From NCBI RefSeq assembly GCF_964355755.1, contig NC_092676.1, positions 24,012,871-24,076,870 of the forward strand: a stretch of DNA of 64,000 nucleotides, read 5' to 3'. Position 1 is the stretch's first letter. Every line of letters begins with the position of its first letter. Shown here in pieces: positions 54,601-64,000 of the stretch. The notes beneath the pieces are model-generated. The model did not search any database, was not told where the DNA came from, and worked only from the letters and a program-made list of their open reading frames with translations. This stretch comes from Antedon mediterranea (Eukaryota; Animalia; Echinodermata). The position numbers and the translations under genes are program-made.

Positions 54601-54862
54601 ATGTATTGAATCTGAGTCAGCGACGACGATGTTACGTTGTTATTTCGTAAATATTTGGAGTTTTTTAACTGCCAGTCCGGTTTTCAGAAGCTAATTTTCG
54701 TGTTTTGGACTTCATAATTTGTCCGGATTCCGGAATTGGGTATTCCGGTTTTCATAATAAATTACAGTACATTTAGAATAGGGACAAATTGGGCCATCCA
54801 AAAAAGTCCGGTTTTCCGTGAATTCCGGTTTTGGGAGAGTCCGGTATTGGGAGAGTTGACTG
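51619..54862 (-). mobile_element. Full-length pogo/Tigger DNA transposon, 3244 bp
   Basis: Perfect 24-bp TIRs CAGTCAACTCTCCCAATACCGGAC, TA on both sides (51617-18, 54863-64), subterminal TCCGGTTT repeats and an internal transposase gene. Confidence 0.95.
52325..54213 (-). CDS. Tigger/pogo DDD transposase (HTH-psq + CENP-B HTH + DDE_1), two exons, about 516 aa
   Basis: Exon 54213-53581 (MAKRKR...FKASDGWLTKWKRRH...FNCDETGLFF...KERLTV...TGEK) splices over a 338-bp phase-0 GT-AG intron to 53242-52325 (LKPMIIG...KAWMT...LFLDNASSH...LQPLDQGII). Catalytic spacing is DD29D. Confidence 0.92.
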
Positions 54863-55719
54863 TATATTATCTTATCCATTGTATAGTATTGTATGTTTTT
54901 AACTGTTGTTATTTTTATTGTAATTTGAACCTTGGAAGGCAAATTTCATTTACTGTGTATTTGACAATAAATTTGAACTTGAACTTGAACACGTTCGTTT
55001 CTAATGATTATGCTAATAATAATTAATAAGTAATATTTATACAGTGTAAATACATACATTTTGTATGGGTATCCTGAATACTGTACTGTACCAATACAGT
55101 AAAACCTGCACCACAAATCCATAGTACAGTAGCAAAGCTTTAATAATATAAAATGTTGTGTATCTTCTGTATATCATCCCAGTTTAATCCCATTCCCTAA
55201 TTAATTGCTTGTACAGTATTTGGTTGGGAAATCTGACCTGTATTATATGAAGACTATTAAGTAGAAGCTGAACACTCCCCAAAACTTAGTCCTCATTGAA
55301 ACCATTCCACGCCCACCACAAATACTGACAGTCCTACTGTACTGTACACTCCAGTGCAAAATTCTGTTATGGGGCCTCATGTAAATGAGTTTATGAAATA
55401 CAGAACAATAAATTTCAAAATTATGCCACAGTGACTCATTTTTCTGGAAGCAGAATATTATTATAAGTGGATTGATTACTGAAACACAATCAACTTTATG
55501 TTGAGCAGTTTGCTCATAAAACTTGTAGAATACAAGCATACAGTACACATTCAAAAAATGTACTGCAGGATAGAATAGTATACAGAGGCAGCTGGTTTGC
55601 CCTAGTTAGGTTTACAATTCCTTACAGCTCTTCATCCCTGAGGAAACTGCACATTATTGTACACATTTTTTTTGAACTGATAACTGGCATCTAAGAGGTG
55701 TACATGTATCCTATACTGA

Positions 55720-55878
55720 CGTTCTGTTCTACAGTACACTATCAAACATTTACATTTTTGTCACATGTACAGTATATATGACAAAAAAAATATGACCACC
55801 ATATTTGGGCGTATTTCTACCATATTTTAGCACATCACACTTTTTTTGTCAAACTAGTTTGATAATGTAGACAAAGCT
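55720..55878. mobile_element. Harbinger-type MITE family 1, diverged copy
   Basis: Degraded left TIR, core, right TIR. Confidence 0.7.
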
Positions 55879-57495
55879 TTATACTATAGTAGGCAGCTTT
55901 TTGGTTTGTGGTAGAAACTAGTACAGTCTGCCTATGCAGGGACACTGCGCCATGTTTCTCTCCTCCTTTCATGGTTTTTGCAGATTTTATAGTAGGCCAG
56001 ACAAAGACCAACGATACAAAATGCGTAGGGCCCACAAGAAGGTGTCGCAAATGGAAAATTCCCTAGATTGATCAATGGAAAACAAACATATCACCAAGCC
56101 TCTACTATAAAATGGAATGTCAATGCTGAGAAGTTATTTTTGGAATTCTTATTAAATCCTACTAACTGTCTACTGAGCCTACACTGTAGACGTTAGAATG
56201 TAATGAAAAATTAAATAAAAAAAAGGTCTAACATATTGAATGTACTGTAGACCATGTCAGAATTTGATTTTTAAATAAAATTTTTAAATACATCTTTTAA
56301 ATCCTGTTAATTAAATATTAATTAATTAGATTACTGTAGTCATTAACCTACTTTAAACCAATGCTTAAATTTAAGACAATCTAAATCATGATTTTTTTCT
56401 GTGAACTAGGCTTTGAAATGTGCATGATGTATGTTTTTATAGGACACACTTTCTTAATGTTTACATTCTGAACATTCTGTTTACATTGTAACATAAGCTG
56501 GCTACAGTTGCCAGATGGAATTGAAGTCTTATTGGAGCCTTTTAAATGGATGTAATGAAATTCATGCAAATTAACATTTTGTTGATTTTTCTTTCTAGTT
56601 GCCTTCAATCAAATTCTATAATTGGTTTTAGAATTTTGGTTTTGAGTATTTTGTTATTTTCAATCATTTTCGATAATACGTTATGTCTCTGCCACCCTTA
56701 TAAAATCGAGTAAAGCGCAGGATTGGTCATTTTGGAGTTTTCAGAGCTTAAACAATACACAAAATACAACAATAACAGTAAAGTTAAAGAAAAAAAAGGA
56801 TTTAATTTTGGTTTCAGGAATACAACCAACCATCTATAGCCTCTCCCAAAGCCTTCCCTTTCTTCCTCCGCAAAAAAATATGTAACTATTTAAAAAAAGA
56901 TAATAATAATACTACTACATATATTTTTTCGGGCCCTATATGTTCATTTTTTTACATAGAAACTGGAGGCCATCACCAACGATACTGTAAAAAATATTTT
57001 AATATACAGTACCTAGAAATTGCTGGTCGTCTAGTAAATTACACTATAGTAAAGTAAAATACACTATTAAAAGTTTTTTCCTAAGCATCATATGTTCTGG
57101 CCTATATCATTTCCTCGTAATTTTAGGAAAGCTAGTTTTTTAAATTTAACAGCATTCTTGTTTTATCGTCTCGTACAAAGAAAACTGAGAATTAATTTAT
57201 CATAATCATTCAGACATTAAGTCGTCTTATCTAGCATTGAGCAACAAACATGTTATTAATATTATGTGGATGTGCTTATTACATAAATAGATAACAATGC
57301 CGAAGTATTTAGTGTCTCCTTGATTTTATAATCTCACTATTACTGTAAGTGAGCTGTTTACGACAACAAAATAGAATTTAATTTTTACATGCTAAGGATT
57401 CAGCCTCATCAGGACTGTAAATTTAATTATTTTGTTGAAAAATTCATTTATATTGACAATTGACATGTAATAAGCCCAAGTGACAAATTATGTAA

Positions 57496-57636
57496 CGCGC
57501 TGTCTACACTATCAAACTAGTTTGTGCCCAAACATGCTAGTGATATTATGCCCAAATATGACAACATCATGTCCATATATGGGCACATCACATTACATCA
57601 CATTTATTGTTTGATACTGATAGTGTAGATAGAGCT
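57496..57636. mobile_element. Harbinger-type MITE family 1 copy
   Basis: TIRs and core. Confidence 0.75.
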
Positions 57637-57640
57637 TAAG

Positions 57641-57965
57641 AAATAATAATAATATAATAATACCACATTTATAGAGCGCCCTTTTCATGAGTAATCATGC
57701 TCAAAGGCGCTTTACAAGCATTATTACCCCAGTATTTTTTGGGATCAAACACGTATGGAAACATACAGTACTCCCATTATGCAGCCGGTAACCAGCGCAA
57801 AGTTGTGTCTAGATCTAACTGGGTACCCATTTATACACCTGGGTGGAGAGAGGCAACGTAAGTAAAGTATCTTGCCTACGGATACAAGCAATGCGGCAAG
57901 AGTTGGATTCGAACCTAGGTCTGACGATCGGTAGTCCAACGTCCAACACACTGCGCCACACGCCC
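57641..57965 (-). mobile_element. tRNA-derived SINE with an L2-like 3' tail
   Basis: Minus strand: A box TGGCGCAGTG, B box GGTTCGAATCC, core CCACCCAGGTGTATAAATGGGTACC, tail GTAAAGCGCCTTTGAG...GGCGCTCTATAAAT...(ATT)n. Confidence 0.85.
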
Positions 57966-59149
57966 TTACAAGAAATGATTCCCACCAAAGTGCATGGTTC
58001 CAAGATGGCACCAATAGGGAGCTTGCGATTTGAGACGACCAAGGACCGAAGACCAACCTAGGTCAGTGTCAATCGTTTTAAAGTTGGTCATTGTCTGGAC
58101 CTTAAAACCATCACACCTACAGTACAGTATGTCGAGGTGAAGAGTGAGGACACGCGTCCCAATATTTCCACACGCACACACTGCTTAGTATAGTATGATC
58201 GGTTGATCCATTTGTATTATTTTATTTATCATTATATTTTATTATGTTTAAATTATTATAAATTGTACAATGCTATATTCCATACTTTTCAATAGGTAAA
58301 CCTAGGATAAACATTATTTTGTTTTATTCTCATTAGTGAACACCATCAGTTGATTTTAATAATCGAAGGAGAATTGTTATTAATATCTTATTATCAAATC
58401 TGATAGAAATCCACTTGATATATTGTAATCTATTATTTAATACCTGCCAATGTAAAGTCATTTCTGCTATATTTAATTATTTAAAGTGCTCAGACATACG
58501 GTTCTCAACACATGGTTTGTATTAAATAATTTAACGAACATTGATTTTTGGTGAATGTTATTTTTTTAAATTTGCTTCAGGACATTTATGTCTTATTTTA
58601 GTACTATAATTTTTCAAAAGGTTACACAAATTGCAATTCAATGTTAAAATTTGGTAATAATTTTGGATTTGATCGTTTTATTTAATGTTTAATTTGAATT
58701 TGATGTGAAATCAGTTTTCTTATGATAAAAACCTCGTTTGAGAGAACAGTGACCCGAGTAGGATTACCTATGGGATGTGAAAGGTACAGATTGGTGGAAA
58801 CAAATTTAAATAATTAGTTTTCCAGAAATTATTGAAATTATACTGGAAGACATTTAAAGCAAGTTTTTTGGATATGGTGAAGACTTTGGCGATAGGTGTT
58901 ACTGTTACTGCCGACCTCTTCCTATCATAATTGCATCCATGCTGTACTGTAGCTATAGTAGGATGGGAGCCTTTAACCACAAGACGAATAGAAGATTTTA
59001 AAAGTAGCCCTCCTAGTTCCGCAATGATCCGATGTTGATTATAGAACTTACGACGATGAAGGTATAAATAAATCACTTACAGTATCACCCAATTTATACA
59101 AAACTGTGACTCGAACTTAGTCAACCACAGCCACTCTTTGTTTCCTTAA

Positions 59150-59320
59150 AGCTCTGTCTACACTATCAAACTTAATGTGACAAAAAAATGTGATGTGCCC
59201 ATATATGGACATGATGGTGATGTCATATCACTACCATATTTAAGCATACTGTATCACTACCATATTTGGGCACACATTACACTTTTTCTGTCAAACAAAT
59301 TTGATAGTGTAGACAGAGCT
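59150..59320. mobile_element. Harbinger-type MITE family 1, near-consensus copy (171 bp)
   Basis: TAA|AGCTCTGTCTACACTATCAAA ... TTTGATAGTGTAGACAGAGCT|TTA. Confidence 0.88.
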
Positions 59321-59613
59321 TTAGTTCTCAATGAACTCAACAAAGTAGATTAAGTATTTAATAACATGCCCTTTGTATAATTTGATTACTGATGTGATGA
59401 TTACAAATAGAACCAAACATGGACATACGGTATTGCATTAATTTTCTATGGAGGCGCGTTTAGTGAATTACTAATTGTATCCAAAAGTGATAGAATTTGC
59501 ATTTTGTTCTCACCTCTTGCACATTTCTTTATTTAAACATGAAATTCAAACCAACTCGCTTTGAGCTTTTTGACAGTTTGATAACATAAAAGGCTTTGTC
59601 CAGTGTACTTTGT

Positions 59614-59772
59614 CTGACCCTAACTAAACTCAATAAATAAGGTTAATGGCAGAATTGCATAAGTATCTTAAGGGGATAGAGTGCGTCCTCTGCCTGACCC
59701 TAACTAAATTCAAGAAAGCAGGTTAATGCCGGAATTACATAGTATCCCAAGGGCATAGAGTGCGTCCTCTGC
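59614..59772 (+). repeat. About 80-bp tandem duplication
   Basis: CTGACCCTAACTAAA...ATAGAGTGCGTCCTCTGC occurs twice. Confidence 0.8.
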
Positions 59773-59930
59773 TAACGGACTTCAAAATTGGCTTGCTGCT
59801 GGACCTTGCAGAAACTGATAGAAATTGACTGATTTATATAGACAATGCATTACGCATCAGTTGTTCATCTAAAGAGAGCACAGTACCATTGATCAATGGC
59901 CTATATAGACTTGTACAGAATTTGTTTGTA

Positions 59931-61991
59931 CAGTACCGGACAGAATTATTGCAGATTTTGAACGCATTCAACGCATTGTTAAAGTGTTGACAACTCGTTG
60001 AAACTGCGTTGTCCGTTGGCGTTGAAAGTGTTGAGTTCGTTGAACTGTTTATTCAACCAACACAATGTGTTGCGTTGAGTTTGCGTTGAAATAACGAACA
60101 ATCGGATTCGTATGGTATTTACAGATTGCCAGTGTGTATTAGTAGTAGTAGTAATAGTATAAAATACAGTATTACAAATATTTAAGAAAACAAACATAAT
60201 GTGTATTTTTCCGCGGAAACCTAGCTTAATATATTACACTAGGCTAGGCCTACTACTAACGAGTAGGCCCCGTGTGTATATGAGCCGCGTCTGCCATCGC
60301 AGTTAAAAGTAGTGGTCATGTCCTTAATTACTGTGTGCCTATATTAACTGGAGTATTAAATACCAAAGTTAAGGCGGCGGTGAATCTTGGAGGCTAGGTC
60401 ACATCGTAATTAATTATTTCCAAACTAAAAACTTCGCAGTACTGTACTACATTTTTCTCGATTATTTATAAAAACAACGTAGCCTACACCCGCCGCCATG
60501 GAAGGCAACAATACACCACCAACATAACGATCCAGCATGGTCGTTGTCTTTTTCACGCATGCTTTTCGAGACGTGAGGGACGAACTGATCGAAAGGTGAA
60601 GAGTTCATTCATTATGAAATAACGCGTAATTAAAAGGGAAAAAATCGTTTAGTTTTATTATTATCCATAAATATATCATTATCATGTATTATATTATAAA
60701 TTAATTATTGTGATGCCTAACGTAACCCATGCAGAGAAAAGCGTTAAATATAATAACCAAGAAATAGGAATGACCAATTTGATGACAATAGGCAATTTTA
60801 CTTTTAGGCGTTTTCTTTAAAATCAAAACCTGTGCCATACCATATTATTCACGCCAAGGTGTAACCCACAAATATTTGAATAACCAAACAATTCAGAATA
60901 AAGAACCACTTTATTCTGATGCAAGACAATATATTATTACAGGCGAGGTTTAGGCGTTTTCTCTGTAACATACTATTGTTTTGTTTCTTAATATAATTAT
61001 ATTGGCCTCCTCCCCTGAAACTGTATGAATGGGATGGGAGTTGCGAGAATATGCGAGCGAACAGCCAACATTTAAATCAGTTTACAGTGTGATGCTTTTC
61101 AAAACGCGCAACGTTTTCAACGCGTTCAACGCTATGGGATTCAATTGTTTAACGTCGTCAATGAACGGTCAACGGGTTCAACACATTCAACACGCTCTAT
61201 TGTTAACGTATTCAAAACGCTTTTTGTACTTAAAAATGTAATGTTGTTCGATTTATAAAGATTTAAATTGGTTCATGGGTGTCGGACACGTCAAATTTTT
61301 TAGTTCTTTCAAATTACATTACAACAAACAATGGGACAATTATAAAATAAAAACCAAAATAGAGAAACAATATTTTAACTTTATCTCTTGAATCTCGAAC
61401 AGCTAAAAAATGTAGGCCTAAATAAAATTAATTACTTCGTCGTCATTAACGATCGTTAAATACGTCATAACACACGTGGTGTTTTTCTTGAGGAAACCAG
61501 GGTGGCGGCCTCGTGTGTTGATGTCAGTAATTTCCACGTTGTTTGATTTTACGACGTGAGATCGTGTTTTCCCCCGGAAGGCCTACAGTACAGTGTTAAC
61601 TGTTAGACTTGGCATCGACCTTATTATTCGATGTTTTCCTTCACTAAACACTGGGAAATATCACTGTGTGTTTTACTTGGTAACTGTCCGTTCAATACTT
61701 AAAAATATATCTAAGCTTCATATATATTTTTTATTTATATTAAAATATCTGGTAGTGACTGCCGATAGGTATTTTGCCTGTTGTTGTTACTGATCGTTCA
61801 GGCGTGCAATCGGCCAGTCTAGCGCTGCAGCAGCTAGCGTTGAAATAACTAATTGTTTACTTGACATGCTGATAATGACTTTCGTTGAATAAACAACTAA
61901 ACGTTGAAAGCCGTTCAACGCAACGCAAACACAACGCAACGACAACGTGTTGAATGCGTTGGGATTTTTGCAATAATTCTGTCCTGTACTG
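59931..61991. mobile_element. Non-autonomous TIR element, CAGTAC family member C (2061 bp)
   Basis: TA|CAGTACCGGACAGAATTATTGCA ... TGCAATAATTCTGTCCTGTACTG|TA. TCAACGC/GCGTTGA motif clusters occur at both ends and near 61100-61200. Confidence 0.82.
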
Positions 61992-62013
61992 TACACTTAT
62001 TGCAAATGATCGA

Positions 62014-62325
62014 GCAGTTAAGTCACGGCGCCATTTACCATCCAAACTGGCAACAATATCTGCATGGGTTTGAGGCCGACTTGCTTCTAGTTCTCGGAAT
62101 AAGGACTTTAAACCGTAGGAAAAGTGTTACAGGCTGTGTGCACTTCAAAGAACCTAGTTCATCATTCAAGTAGGGGGTTACCCCGGTGAACGGATTTACA
62201 AAATAGACCCTGTATCAGGGGGATTACCACCTTCCCTATTTGATAGGACAGTGACTAACTTAATATTGGTAATCCTTGGCCTCATGTGCCTATAGACATT
62301 AAAATAAATAAAACAAATTCAAATC
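62014..62325 (+). mobile_element. SINE fragment with a Deu/Nin-like central domain
   Basis: CTCGGAATAAGGACTTTAAACCGTAGG...GCACTTCAAAGAACC...GGGGTTACCCCGGTG resembles that domain from memory. It ends in an A-rich tail. Confidence 0.45.
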
Positions 62326-63723
62326 ACACAATGTAATTTTATATTTTTAGCAATTGAATACCACATTTTATTTATAGAACTTGATCGTAGTTGAAAAATG
62401 ATTTTTATTTAAAGAGGAAAATAGTTTAGTTTACTCATTACTCAATACTTGTTTTATATGTTATCCTAACAGTACTGTAGGTGTAGTAAGCAACAAAAAC
62501 ATATTTGTGTTCATGTCATTGATTTGTAGCATAACAAATTCAAGTTAATTATTACACAGGATACACAATAATTAAATACATGTACCTTTTGGTAATTCCC
62601 TCAATTTAAAACATGTCAAATTTAAGACAACACGTCATACTGGAAATATTTTTCCTAGTTCAGGAAATGTTTGTGATATTAGTTGCAGAATACACGCCGA
62701 GTATGACAAGTTTAATGTAAATAAATACAAAAGATCCAACATGCTCCGAAAACAAGGTCGTGACCTTTAGATTTATGACATAGTTCCAGATTTTCTGCGC
62801 TAAACATAACTCATATTATCTCCTGCGGACACGTAATAAACTATTTAAAACTATGTAAAATTAGTTGCTTTTGCCGTACTCAGACAGAACTACTGTGTTT
62901 CAATATAAAAGGTGTAACAGCAACTTCAATGTTTATTAGGTTATTTATCAAATTACTCTACTTAACCCGAGTATAAACCTATGCCCAATATTAATGCCAA
63001 TTTCTAATTTAGGCTATATTTCAGATCAGTATTGTAGTTCCATATTTAACTATGAACTTTTAGGCCAGATATTAAATGAGAGCACTTTATGCATACAGTA
63101 CATCATCTACTATACAGTATTTAGTATTTTATTACTGTTTTTCTACAGTATTGTTTAATTCAAACAATGTGGAATTTTATTACTGTAGGTAATTGTTTGT
63201 ATTTGTTTTAATGATTCCACATCATGATTTCTCGGCTGATGGACAGCAGCAGATGTGTCGATATAGCTGATGATATAACTAGGCTTTACTGTACGTGGCT
63301 AGGCTGCAAAGAGCTATCTTTTGGCCTAGTAAGCCTGACAGAGTTGATGATGATACGCATGACGATACGTCAGAGGGTTAGTAAAGTATTAAGAATTTGA
63401 TAGATTATCCCCCATGCTGAACATCTCTGGATTAATTAGTTGGATTCACCTGATGGTGTAGAGATGGAACTAAACACAACTACCTACCACCTGCTAAGGT
63501 GAGCTATCCAATGAATGCTCATCATCGGAGAAGAAATGTTTCGCATCGTTCATTTCAATTTTACATATTTTGATTTGACAAGGTTAATAATCACAATTGT
63601 TTTCTATTTATTTATTTAAATTTATTAAAATAATAACTAATGAGTAGACTTCACAAGAAGATTTGAAATAGTGTACTGTAAATTCAGAAACTTCTGTTGA
63701 ATGAAGCTTTCCAGCTTGTCATT

Positions 63724-63909
63724 CTATCAAACTTTATGTGAAAAAAACATGTGATGTGCCCATATATAGACATGATGATGTCATATCACTACCATATTTG
63801 GGCATATCGCCACCATTTGGGCACATCACATTGTTTTTGTCAAAGTTTGATACTGTAGAAGCTCTGTCTCCACTATCAAACTGTAATTGATAACAAAAAA
63901 TGTGATGTG
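63724..63909. mobile_element. Two adjacent Harbinger-type MITE family 1 copies, the second interrupted at 63910
   Basis: Core plus TIR remnants. Confidence 0.75.
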
Positions 63910-64000
63910 CAGGGAATAATTTCGCCAGCGTAGCATAGCAAAAAGCTATACAAAACAACCTTATTGCTACACATTTGTACAATTGTGTAGCAAAAAATAC
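63910..64000. mobile_element. CAGGG-ended MITE, truncated by the window edge
   Basis: Reverse complement of 8970-9061. Confidence 0.7.

Noticed and set aside
57890-57965. tRNA gene
   Set aside because: A and B boxes are present, but the sequence continues into a SINE core and LINE-like tail with no proper acceptor stem or terminator.
60491-60600. Perfect Kozak GCCGCCATGG inside element C as a gene start
   Set aside because: The ORF ends after 9 codons and no downstream coding exons were recognised.

Overview
AT-rich, intron-rich animal genomic DNA. An invertebrate, possibly an echinoderm-like deuterostome, is inferred from gene and repeat style only. Exon chains were read by hand with GT-AG ends and consistent phases. 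Five host genes: the first coding exon of an SLC16/MCT transporter (-, 6187-6346); a Polycomb Scm/SCMH1-like gene (-, 2xMBT-SLED-SAM, about 11.0-23.4 kb); NDUFB4 (+, 24895-26220, head-to-head with Scm); a DTHD1-like death-domain protein (-, 28277-40109, 11 exons); and the first coding exon of liprin-alpha (+, 42858-43094), whose following intron appears to fill the rest of the window. Non-coding DNA is dominated by DNA transposons: an intact-looking intron-containing pogo/Tigger element (51619-54862), three related ~2-kb TA|CAGTAC-ended elements, each with its own subterminal motif, about 22 copies of a Harbinger-type MITE, several other MITEs, SINEs and tandem arrays. The most notable observations are: (i) the three-member CAGTAC element family, one member flanked by a 52-bp duplication; (ii) TA->TACAGTA/TACTGTA/TAGGCCTA insertions visible against repeat consensus, which look like excision footprints; (iii) a 162-bp satellite in a Scm intron built from Tigger TIRs; (iv) ~30-bp CATRGAG palindromes resembling P-element footprints. 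No CRISPR array, rRNA or true tRNA gene was found. All family assignments come from recalled motifs, not database searches.
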